From a virus (taxonomy: Duplodnaviria; Caudoviricetes), in the IMG/VR virus record IMGVR_UViG_3300044825_000311, positions 1-59,558 of that record: a stretch of DNA of 59,558 nt, one strand, 5' to 3'. The notes beneath the pieces were generated by a model. The model was not told the origin of the DNA, did no database searches, and saw only the letters and a program-made list of their open reading frames with translations. How positions within the stretch are numbered: position 1 is the first letter of the stretch; the number at the start of each line of letters is the position of its first letter. This document shows positions 1 through 8,909 of this stretch, one piece after another. Both the position numbers and the translations under genes were made by a program.

Positions 1-127
1 CGCCTGCGCAGACTACCCCCGGTGTGCAAGCCCCGCCGCCTGCGGCTCCCCCGCCGACCGACCTTGGACTTCCCAATGTCGCGGCGACTGATCTTATCCC
101 CCGCACCTCGGCGGCAGATTACGCTGG
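1..127. repeat. 127-bp terminal direct repeat (copy 1), circular-assembly overlap
   Basis: 1-127 is identical to 59432-59558; the length matches a common assembler k-mer; the reading frame continues across the join. Confidence 0.95.
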
Positions 128-959
128 TCTGAACGATGGTACTGGATCGCTGGCTACTGCCATCGCGCGTACCCGCCCCGGCGAAGTTCCGAAGACCCCG
201 GACTTGGGAATGTATCTGTTTGAACCGGCGATGATCACGAACGACCGGCGGCTGCTTGCCATGCAGCAGGATGAAATCCAGCGGCAGCTTCAGATCGCCA
301 GCATGACCCGTGACTTCACGAGCATGGCAAACCTGCGCAATCAGGCGGTTCAGAACCAGCTTGCCAGTAACCTCCTTGGTGCAATGGAAGTCATTGCTAC
401 GATGCAGCAGGGAGACGACGAGACGTTTGCCCGCACGCTGTCCGGTCTCACCCAAGGCAGGCAGCGTCTGCAGCCGCGCTCCGATGGCTCGTTCAATATC
501 TACTACGACAACGAGTTGGTCGGTGAAGGTGTTTCGCGCAACCAGATCATTGCTTCGCTGCGGATGCAGTACGATAAGCGATATCAGGAGCTTGCGGCAG
601 CACAAGCCAAGGCGTCCGCTGAACGCGAAACCAAGATGCTTGAGAGCGAACTCAAGACTAACGAAGCAGTTCTGACCGAGGAAGCCAAGGCGCTTCGTGA
701 GCGTGCAACCAAGGCAGCAGAAGCCCAGCTTCGCGCTGATCCGCGTTACCGCGAATATAATGTTACGACTGTGCCCATGCCCGATGGAAGCACGGCATTG
801 TCAATGACGCCAAAGGCTGGACAAGGTACGCCGATCATTTATCAGCTTGAGCCAGATTTGGACATACGTGGACAACCAGTAGTGGACGCGAATAACGCAC
901 CTAAGCTAGTCTGGAAACAGAAGTCGATCTCTGGTACAAGCGCCGTACCGGTGCAGTGA
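1..959 (+). CDS. C-terminal part of the 800-aa internal virion protein that starts at 57988 (wraps the contig join)
   Basis: ORF 24..959 is in frame with ATG 57988 after removing the 127-bp overlap (1444+959=2403 nt). Confidence 0.85.
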   Translation, partial: PAQTTPGVQAPPPAAPPPTDLGLPNVAATDLIPRTSAADYAGLNDGTGSLATAIARTRPGEVPKTPDLGMYLFEPAMITNDRRLLAMQQDEIQRQLQIASMTRDFTSMANLRNQAVQNQLASNLLGAMEVIATMQQGDDETFARTLSGLTQGRQRLQPRSDGSFNIYYDNELVGEGVSRNQIIASLRMQYDKRYQELAAAQAKASAERETKMLESELKTNEAVLTEEAKALRERATKAAEAQLRADPRYREYNVTTVPMPDGSTALSMTPKAGQGTPIIYQLEPDLDIRGQPVVDANNAPKLVWKQKSISGTSAVPVQ

Positions 960-968
960 GGATACAAC

Positions 969-3900
969 ATGGCTGGACTGAACGATCCGCTCTCGCAGCT
1001 TGACTATGGTGAGCAGTTCTTGCGCGGTGGACCCAGCGTGACACAGGTATCGGGGATTGCCGGTCTGGCATCTCCCGAGCGTCTGAACATCGCCCGCTCG
1101 ACGCAGAACTCGCTGGACCGTCTTGACCAACTCGGGTCAATGGACTTCGGTGCGCCGCCGCCCCCGCCAGAAGAAGTCGCCAAGCGCCCCGTTCTGGCCA
1201 TTAGCCGTTCTACCGGTAAAGTCTGGGCGAACGGCAAACTGTTCACGCTTGATGACGCGCAGGGTGCCGTCGAAAGTCAGCAGTTCATGGGCGGCGCACC
1301 AGCGCCCGCCCCTCTGGCAGAGGCTTCTGATTGGGAACCGTTGTCTGAAGACGCCTATGCACAACATATTCAGCAGATCAAGAACCCCAGCCTGACGACG
1401 CTTGCGTCAAAGAACTTCGGTACTGGCTTCGACAATATGCAGATGCTGTTAGGCTACGGCCTCCAGTTTCTCGGCGCGGAAGAGACCGGTCAGGGTATTG
1501 TCCGCCAGCAGCTTGAGGATATCCAGCGTAATGCGCCATATCAGCGCAAACTGGAAGATATCCCCGAGCGCGGTGCCGTCGAGTGGTTGGTCGCCAATGT
1601 CGCCCAGCAAGGTCCAAACATCATTGAGAGTATCGTGACTGCGGCCATTGGTGCCGGTGCCGGTGCTGTTGCCGGTGGTGGCGCTAACCCCTTCACGGCT
1701 GTCGGCGGCGCGATGACCTCCTTGGTCGGCAAGCAGACGTTCAAGCAGGCTGTTCTGGCTGCGGCCAAGAAGTATGCAAATGGCGAAGCCCTCGACGCCG
1801 CCGAGCAGAAGTTGCTGAAGGAAGCTGCCGGTATCACACTAGCCGCGACCAAATCGCTGGATGACGACGCAGCGCGTGCGGCGATGGCGGGTATCTCTGC
1901 CACTGGACGCCAGCAAGCCATAACTGGCGGTGCCGTTACATTCTCTGCGGGTCAGAACTACACGACCGCTGTGTCTGATCTGTACGGTGAAAGTGTTGAG
2001 GGCGGTACGCCCGACCGTGGTTTGGCAGCACTTGCTGCTATTCCTTACGCTGCCGCTGAAACGCTTCCCGAATATCTTGCTGCACTGCGGTTCTTCAACG
2101 GTTTCAAGGTGCGGGCGCTCAAGGCCGGTGGTAAGGGCGGTCGTCCCGGTGCGCTTGCTGCTAACGTAGCTCTTGGTGCGGGTGCTGGCGCAGCCGTCGA
2201 AGGTAGCACCGAAGCATTCCAAGAGACGCTGGGTCTTGGCATGAATGCCGAGATTGATGTCAACAGCCCGGAGGGCGTGTCGCGCTTGCTCAACGCCTTT
2301 GCTGCCGGTGCGGCCATTGGCGGTCTGGTCGGCGGCGCATCCAACATGAACTCTGGTAGGGCCACGGACCTCCTGTCCGGTGGCACCAAAGCTGCTGAAC
2401 AGAACGGCACAACACTTACGTCTGGACCTGCTGCTCCCACCCGCGCCCAGCCTCAAGGTGAACTGTTCCCCGGCGCGAACTTGGGCACGCCGCCCGCGCA
2501 GGTTCCGACTGGACCCATGGCTCCCCCGTCTCCTGACATGGGCGGTGCGCAGGGCGATCTGTTCATGACGCAACCCCCTACGGCTGGGATGCCGCAAGGT
2601 GAGTTGTTCCTTCGCGGTGCACTTGGTCGCCCGCCCGCACAGGTCCCGACCGGCCCGATGCAACCCGCTGCCGCGCCTGATTTGCTTGCACAAGGCGATC
2701 TCTTTGCGCCGCCGCGCCAGACAATGCTGGCGCTGCCGCCGTCTTCTACGATTTATGTTCCGCCCACCGGTCAGCAGCAACTTCTTTCGCGGGCTAGGTA
2801 CGCGCCGCCGACCGAGCGCAGGCCGCAGGGAGAGATGTTTACCAGTGCTGAGATGGGCAAAGGACAAGCCCCCGCCAGAGTTCCGACTGGACCGTTGGCC
2901 CCTCCGTCCACCGACATGGGTGGCGAACAGGGCGCTCTTCAGCCCCGGCGTGAGTTTCCGCCTGATTATGGTGTTTCGACCCCTGCGGCAGCTACCCAGT
3001 TGGCCGAAAATCTCAACCCGCTTCGTCGTCAGATGGAACTTGCGCAGGCGCAACAGCAGAGGAGTGCCCAGACACCCACGGCTGCCGAAGTAGACTATAA
3101 CGCTGCGCTGGCGGAACAGCCACTGGTACTGGACACTGAAGGTGCGTCTACTGGTAAGAATAAACTACAGGATGACGGTCGTCGCCGCATCATCGCCGGG
3201 TTCAACACCCTGACCAAGCCGCAGCAGGACGCCATCCTCGTCGAGTTTAATAACGACGAGACGCAGCTTCTTGATTATGTGCGGCGCGAAAAGCCGCCCG
3301 TGGTACGTAAGCAGTTTGCCGCGCTGGCCAGTGTGGAGCCGAGTGCGTTTGAAGTTAAGACACCGAAGCCTGCTGAACCGCAGGCTGCAGCCCAGCCCAT
3401 TGTAGAGGAGACACCTAATGCCCCTGAAGGCGGGAAAGTCGAACAAGGTGATAAGCTCAAACGTACGCAAAATCGTACGGGAGTGGGAGGGCGACGGGTC
3501 AATAGGAACCTCAAGGCCAAAGAGCAAGAAGCAGGCGGTGAGGCAGGCGGTGGCAATCGCCTTAAGCAAGGCAAGGCCGCGCAAGAAGAAGTAACGCCAA
3601 GCCCAAAAGGGGAAGGGGTCGCGGCTCCCTCGTCAAAAAAGACCGCCGCTGAGACCGTCCGCGAGGAAGCTACCAAGTTGCGCACGCTGATGCGCAACGG
3701 CGAAGACTTGCCGTCTCCCGAGACGGACCTTGATGATGTTTACTTTGCTGTTGCGCAGGTTATGAACGCTGATGATAGGCGGCTTCCTGCGGCGCTAGAT
3801 GGACTTTTGTCTTGGGCTATGGACTCCGGTATCGATAAAGACGCCAAGGACGCAGCACGCGCATATATCAACGCTTACGTCGAGGATGAGGATATTGCCG

Positions 3901-6900
3901 CTGCCAAGGCACGGCGCAAAGCCAAGCAGGAAGTCGCGAAGGAAGCCCGCAAGGCTGAGAAGAAGGCGCTTAAGACCATGGAAGCAGAGCGGAAGAAAGG
4001 CCGCAACATGCTCTCCGAGTTTGACAGTGTGGAGAATGCTGTCGATGAGAACGGTCGCCCGCTAAAGCCCATCGATAAAATCCAGTTCAAGACTATTGTA
4101 GATACGTTTAGGCGTGGGCTGGCCAAGGCCCCGCAGATTTTTATCTACAAGAACCAAGCTGACCTTCGCGCCAAGAACCCGAGCCTGTATCGCCGCGCTG
4201 CGGAAGCGCGTCCGCAGGGTGATTTCGATACTGCCCGCGCTGCCGGTTACGCCTTCGGTGATGACCAAGTCATCATCTTTTCGGATCGTATTGCTACGCC
4301 CAAGATGCTGCGCTTTGTGCTGGCGCACGAAGCCATCGGTCACTTCGGTATGCGTTCGTTGCTGCCCACAAAGCAGTTCAACGCACTCATGGATTATATC
4401 TATGAGAACAGTCCGTTGGCCCGGTCCGTGGTGGACTCCGAGGTAGAATACAGCGGCATGGATCGCCGCGAAGCTGTCGAAGAGTACCTTGCTAATTACG
4501 CATCCAAGCTCGACACCAGCATTGTCACCCGTATCTGGAACGCGCTCAAGACGGCGCTGAACAAGCTGGGTATCAAGTTTGAAGACGACCTGACCCGCTA
4601 CCTCGTGAGCCATGCGCGGCGCTACACGCGCGAAGGTTCTAGCCTGTTCGAGCCGAGCAAGTTTGCACTTAAGATGCTGAACGTAGAGTCCAGCATGAAT
4701 GGTTCTGGGCGCTTCAACATCCCGTCGATCCTGCCCGAGCAGCGCGAACTGTCCTTCAAGCTCGACATGGCAGGAGGGATGCCGTCCAACATCACTGACG
4801 CTTGGGGTGATCTCAAGTCCGCTGGTGTTAACACGGCACAAGCCTTTGATAAGTTTGTCCGCACAGTCTTCCGCTTGGCAAACTATGATGCGCTGCGCAA
4901 CCATGGTGCCGCTGCGTATGAGACACTGATCAACGCGGTCAGGACCAATGTCGCTGCATTGCGCAACCAGTACAACGAAGACCTCGCTGATATCATGGGG
5001 CTGAACGAAGAAAGCCGTAACGCTTTCTCTTACTCTATGTATATTGGTCGTAGCATTGCGCATCAGCGGATGAAGTTTGATGCGGCAACCCGCAGCCTGC
5101 CGCTTGTTAAACTTGTGAACGGCGAAGTTGTCACCGACGACGACAACCTTGAGAAGTTCCTCAAGCTGGGTACAGTATCCAAGAAGGAACTGAACGAAGG
5201 CGTTACCGTCAAAGTGCCGATGCCGACCACCATAGTCGGCACCTACAAGGAAGACGAAGTGGTAATCAAGGGTGTGCGTGCCCGTCTGGGCCGCGACCTG
5301 ACCGATGCCGAGTACGACAACTACCTTAAGGGCCGTCGCAAGATGGCCGAGATTGAGATTGATCTGCTCAAGGCGCGGTACGAAAACTACTTCGCTACGG
5401 AAAAGGTATCTCTCTCTGGTATCAGGAAAATCCTTTCCGATGAAACGCTGACCGACGATGACTTGGGCCTCGCCAAGAACGCGGTCAATCACGCCAAGGC
5501 ACTGGTTGCTAAAAACATTGAGTACGATGCGCAGGGTCTACCGACCATCACCACCGATGGTCTGACAGAGGCTAACAAGTTCCTTGCCAAGTTCAATGAA
5601 GCCCTGATCAAGAACGAGAAGGAATACACCGACGCACTAAAGGACGAAGTGCGGGCGTTCTACGACAACAAGGCGCAGGCTGATGCGGCGATCCGTGCCA
5701 TCGAAAAGTTCCGTGAGCGGCGGCGCAAGATTGGTCCCGAGCTTGGTCCCGATGTGGTGTTTGCCGTGCAGAACCGCCTGAAAGAAATCGTGCTGGCCGA
5801 TCAAGCGTTTGAGACGGCGCAGTCGCACGCACGACGCACCATCGCGCAGGGTTACATTCCGGTATTCCGTGAGGGCGGCTGGCAAACCCGCGTCGAAGGA
5901 CAGGTCAATGGCAAGCCCGTAACGCTGCACCCAGAGCATCAGAACAAGCTGATCCTGCGTCTTGAGAATGACCGCGCCAGCAGTGAGCGCGGGGCCAAAG
6001 CACTCAATGCAGCACTCAAGGACGTGGAAGTCGAAGCTCTGGTGTTGCAAAGCGATGGCACCTACAAGACCCAGAAGGTTACGCTGTTTGCCCGTGCGTC
6101 CAAGACAGTGGATGACGTGGCAGCGGACCCGTCACTGGACATCGACAACTTCCTGCATGGCTTGAGGATGTTTGGTTTAGCGACCAACCCGAAGGCTGTT
6201 GAGAAGGTGATCGTTACGCTAACCACCCCCGGTAGCGCACTGCGCAAGGCGCTGCGCTTTGACGACACTCCCGGTTATGACATGACGGCTGGCATTACTG
6301 CCATGTCGAGGCACATCGTTACGCGGGCTTCGCTTATCGCCAAGACCCGCTACCAGCCCGCCATGCACGAACTCCTCGACCGCAACAGCGACCGTGGCAA
6401 GCTGTGGTTCGGTGATGCTGAAGCGGTGATGGTTGCCAAGGAGAAACTTGATGCTGCAACCAACGATACTGACCGCGCGTTTTACCGCAACGAACTGATC
6501 ACCAATCTCTACAAGTACCGGACGACTAACCCCGGCGCTAAGGATTGGGACGGAAGCCGCGCGACATTCCCCGGCAGACCGGAAGGGGCGGAACTCGGAA
6601 ACGTATTCTACAACAACGCCATCCGCACCCAGCAGTGGTTGGATGGTTCGGAGAACATCGCAGAGAGTACGTTTGAGGGTAAGCGCATCCCGGCTGCGCT
6701 CAAGGCTGTCACCAGCGTGGCGTTCCTCGGCGGCTCCATGGCGCAGTTCGCGCAGAACATGATCTCTCCGATCACCAACGTCATCCCCTATCTGGCTAGT
6801 AAGAACGGCAAGACCGGATTTGGCGGTGGCTTCGGTGCTGTAGCAGCAAGCCTTGAATATAGCCGCGCCTTCAAGGACGTGGTGGGTGTCAAGGGTCTGA

Positions 6901-8372
6901 AGCTGTTCAGCACATCGACGGATGCGAATGGCAAGTTCAGCATCCGTGCGGGCGATCCGATCAACGATGCACAATACTACTTTGATATCGCTAAGAAGTT
7001 TGAGGTAGCCCGCGCCAACAAAGATACAGCCAAGGAAGCTGCGCTGCAGGCTGAGTACAACCTCACCTATTACGAAGCGCGGAATATCGGGCGTGAAATC
7101 CGTGAAGGTAAGCTGATCCCGGCACAGGCCAATGCGGTACTGGAGACATCGCGCGGTCTGTATTCGGGCGGCAAGCTGGGCCGCGCATGGATGAAGTTTG
7201 TTGACACCTACATGGTTCCGTTCAATGTTTCGGAACAGTCAGCCCGTCGCGCCACATTCCTCGCCGCTTTCCGTCTGGAATTTAATAGGCTCAAGCAGGC
7301 GGGTGTAGACGAGGATAAGGCCAGCGAGATGGCCCGTGCGTTTGGTGTGCAAACGGTTGATCTCACACTTGGTGAATACTCCACCACCAACCGTCCGCCC
7401 GCATGGCGCGAAGGTCCTGCGTCACTGCTGTTTATGTATAAGACATATCCGATCACCGTGGCGCTGCTCATGCGGAACCTGTCCTACGGCGGAAAGATCG
7501 GGATGCTGACCGGGCTGATGTTCCTGTCGGGTATGTCGGGCCTGCCATTTGCCGAAGACATTGAAGACCTCATGGACACGCTGGCGCAGAAATTCGGTCT
7601 GGACATTGGGCAGGGACCTGCGTTGCGTAAGTTCCTCACTGAACAACTGGACGCAGCGTTCCCCGGTATCGCGCCGTTTGTGATCAAGGGCGTAGCTAAC
7701 CAGTTCGCTCCTATCGATGTTGCGGCCAAGACGGGTATCGGTAACATCATTCCCGGCACTGGCTTCCTCCTAGCTGGGTCTGACCCGTCGCACGAACTGG
7801 CAGAAGTCGCTGGTCCGATCTTCGGCATGGGCTTTAATATGACGAAGTTTACCTATGATCTTATCCGCGCTCCGGTATCGGAAACAACTACGGTCGTTGA
7901 TGCGCTCCGCAATTCGCCAGTGTCGCTGGCGCGGTCTGTGGGCGATGTGGCAATGTACCTCCAGAGCGGAGCCATCGTAGACAAGCGCGGATATGTTGTG
8001 GCACCGGAAGTAAATGCTGCGACCGTGCTGACCCGCCTACTTGGTTTCTATCCGGTCGCCGCTGCCGAGCAATATGAGTTCATCAAGTACGCACGCCGCG
8101 CAGCCGACTACCAGCGTCAGGTATCTGTGGCGTATCGTGACGCATGGATCAAAGCTATGGTGTCGGGCGACCGTCAGCAAGCAGCAAGGATCGTGCAGGC
8201 GGTCAACGAATGGAACGCCGCCAACCCTGACGCCAAGCTCAACAACTGGCTGAAGAACTCGCAGCGTGCGCTTAAAGAAGCGCAACGTCCTGCTGGCGAA
8301 CGGTTCTTGAAGTCAACGCCTCTGGCCTCGCGCGGCGATCTGCAGCGGTTCCAAGACGCCATGATAGAGTAG
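969..8372 (+). CDS. Large polyvalent / DNA-ejection protein (2467 aa) with zincin-like metallopeptidase motif
   Basis: Last gene of the structural arm; Gly/Ala-rich hydrophobic N-region, Pro-rich disordered linker, HEAIGH...EEYLA motif, large helical C-terminal region typical of podophage ejection proteins. Confidence 0.75.
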   Translation: MAGLNDPLSQLDYGEQFLRGGPSVTQVSGIAGLASPERLNIARSTQNSLDRLDQLGSMDFGAPPPPPEEVAKRPVLAISRSTGKVWANGKLFTLDDAQGAVESQQFMGGAPAPAPLAEASDWEPLSEDAYAQHIQQIKNPSLTTLASKNFGTGFDNMQMLLGYGLQFLGAEETGQGIVRQQLEDIQRNAPYQRKLEDIPERGAVEWLVANVAQQGPNIIESIVTAAIGAGAGAVAGGGANPFTAVGGAMTSLVGKQTFKQAVLAAAKKYANGEALDAAEQKLLKEAAGITLAATKSLDDDAARAAMAGISATGRQQAITGGAVTFSAGQNYTTAVSDLYGESVEGGTPDRGLAALAAIPYAAAETLPEYLAALRFFNGFKVRALKAGGKGGRPGALAANVALGAGAGAAVEGSTEAFQETLGLGMNAEIDVNSPEGVSRLLNAFAAGAAIGGLVGGASNMNSGRATDLLSGGTKAAEQNGTTLTSGPAAPTRAQPQGELFPGANLGTPPAQVPTGPMAPPSPDMGGAQGDLFMTQPPTAGMPQGELFLRGALGRPPAQVPTGPMQPAAAPDLLAQGDLFAPPRQTMLALPPSSTIYVPPTGQQQLLSRARYAPPTERRPQGEMFTSAEMGKGQAPARVPTGPLAPPSTDMGGEQGALQPRREFPPDYGVSTPAAATQLAENLNPLRRQMELAQAQQQRSAQTPTAAEVDYNAALAEQPLVLDTEGASTGKNKLQDDGRRRIIAGFNTLTKPQQDAILVEFNNDETQLLDYVRREKPPVVRKQFAALASVEPSAFEVKTPKPAEPQAAAQPIVEETPNAPEGGKVEQGDKLKRTQNRTGVGGRRVNRNLKAKEQEAGGEAGGGNRLKQGKAAQEEVTPSPKGEGVAAPSSKKTAAETVREEATKLRTLMRNGEDLPSPETDLDDVYFAVAQVMNADDRRLPAALDGLLSWAMDSGIDKDAKDAARAYINAYVEDEDIAAAKARRKAKQEVAKEARKAEKKALKTMEAERKKGRNMLSEFDSVENAVDENGRPLKPIDKIQFKTIVDTFRRGLAKAPQIFIYKNQADLRAKNPSLYRRAAEARPQGDFDTARAAGYAFGDDQVIIFSDRIATPKMLRFVLAHEAIGHFGMRSLLPTKQFNALMDYIYENSPLARSVVDSEVEYSGMDRREAVEEYLANYASKLDTSIVTRIWNALKTALNKLGIKFEDDLTRYLVSHARRYTREGSSLFEPSKFALKMLNVESSMNGSGRFNIPSILPEQRELSFKLDMAGGMPSNITDAWGDLKSAGVNTAQAFDKFVRTVFRLANYDALRNHGAAAYETLINAVRTNVAALRNQYNEDLADIMGLNEESRNAFSYSMYIGRSIAHQRMKFDAATRSLPLVKLVNGEVVTDDDNLEKFLKLGTVSKKELNEGVTVKVPMPTTIVGTYKEDEVVIKGVRARLGRDLTDAEYDNYLKGRRKMAEIEIDLLKARYENYFATEKVSLSGIRKILSDETLTDDDLGLAKNAVNHAKALVAKNIEYDAQGLPTITTDGLTEANKFLAKFNEALIKNEKEYTDALKDEVRAFYDNKAQADAAIRAIEKFRERRRKIGPELGPDVVFAVQNRLKEIVLADQAFETAQSHARRTIAQGYIPVFREGGWQTRVEGQVNGKPVTLHPEHQNKLILRLENDRASSERGAKALNAALKDVEVEALVLQSDGTYKTQKVTLFARASKTVDDVAADPSLDIDNFLHGLRMFGLATNPKAVEKVIVTLTTPGSALRKALRFDDTPGYDMTAGITAMSRHIVTRASLIAKTRYQPAMHELLDRNSDRGKLWFGDAEAVMVAKEKLDAATNDTDRAFYRNELITNLYKYRTTNPGAKDWDGSRATFPGRPEGAELGNVFYNNAIRTQQWLDGSENIAESTFEGKRIPAALKAVTSVAFLGGSMAQFAQNMISPITNVIPYLASKNGKTGFGGGFGAVAASLEYSRAFKDVVGVKGLKLFSTSTDANGKFSIRAGDPINDAQYYFDIAKKFEVARANKDTAKEAALQAEYNLTYYEARNIGREIREGKLIPAQANAVLETSRGLYSGGKLGRAWMKFVDTYMVPFNVSEQSARRATFLAAFRLEFNRLKQAGVDEDKASEMARAFGVQTVDLTLGEYSTTNRPPAWREGPASLLFMYKTYPITVALLMRNLSYGGKIGMLTGLMFLSGMSGLPFAEDIEDLMDTLAQKFGLDIGQGPALRKFLTEQLDAAFPGIAPFVIKGVANQFAPIDVAAKTGIGNIIPGTGFLLAGSDPSHELAEVAGPIFGMGFNMTKFTYDLIRAPVSETTTVVDALRNSPVSLARSVGDVAMYLQSGAIVDKRGYVVAPEVNAATVLTRLLGFYPVAAAEQYEFIKYARRAADYQRQVSVAYRDAWIKAMVSGDRQQAARIVQAVNEWNAANPDAKLNNWLKNSQRALKEAQRPAGERFLKSTPLASRGDLQRFQDAMIE

Positions 8373-8485
8373 TGGCCCGTATCGTGGAACCCTACGGCAT
8401 CGCGCTTCTCAAAGGATGGAAAAAGAAGCCTTAGCTGGTACTGTTATTGCGCCGACCTGTACCTGCGGCGGGTAGCCCCAATGAC

Positions 8486-8899
8486 TTAACGGGCTACCAT
8501 GTTTGCGTATTTCGCTGCGCGTTTGGATACGCGATGGCCGTAAGCTACACTGATGCCTTGGTTGTGGCAAGCCGCAGCCCGCCACTTGCTCTTGGTCTTG
8601 TGCCAACAGATAGCTAAGTGCTTCATACCGGCGTCAGTCTGTGTCGCACATGACGCTGCGCGTATGTTCTTGTACCCAAGGGATCGGGCTGTAGACGGAA
8701 GAACCTGTAGCGGTCCACGTTCACCAGCGGCACCGACACGACCACACCGGATGCCGCTCTCTACCTTGGCTACGCGCAGCGCAAACTCAACTGGTACACC
8801 GTGACGCTTGGCAGAACTGATAACCAAAGGCTTGGCGTCTGCATAAACTGTAGCTGCACTAAACGTAATCGCCAGTGCTGCAACGATCAGTTTCTTCAT
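8486..8899 (-). CDS. Lytic transglycosylase (SLT-like) with N-terminal signal peptide
   Basis: MKKLIVAALAITFSAATVYA signal; catalytic VESG and GPLQV motifs; AAACHNQG; GGAGA RBS. Confidence 0.8.
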   Translation of the reverse strand: MKKLIVAALAITFSAATVYADAKPLVISSAKRHGVPVEFALRVAKVESGIRCGRVGAAGERGPLQVLPSTARSLGYKNIRAASCATQTDAGMKHLAICWHKTKSKWRAAACHNQGISVAYGHRVSKRAAKYANMVAR

Positions 8900-8909
8900 G
8901 CACGTTCTC

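Noticed and set aside
1-127. Terminal repeat as a biological direct terminal repeat
   Set aside because: It lies mid-gene and its length matches a typical assembler k-mer, so it is best explained as circular-assembly overlap
1839-6974. Long antisense ORFs (e.g. 1839-3053, 4062-5492, 47587-48813)
   Set aside because: Shadow frames of GC-biased coding genes, with no RBS or recognisable motifs
8410-8495. HDV-like ribozyme or riboswitch pseudoknot downstream of the SLT gene (minus strand)
   Set aside because: A CGCCG/CGGCG stem with a GGUAC/GUACC loop pairing and a GCUAA are present, but P1 is mismatched, P2 is mostly G-U and P4 is absent; not supportable without a covariance search
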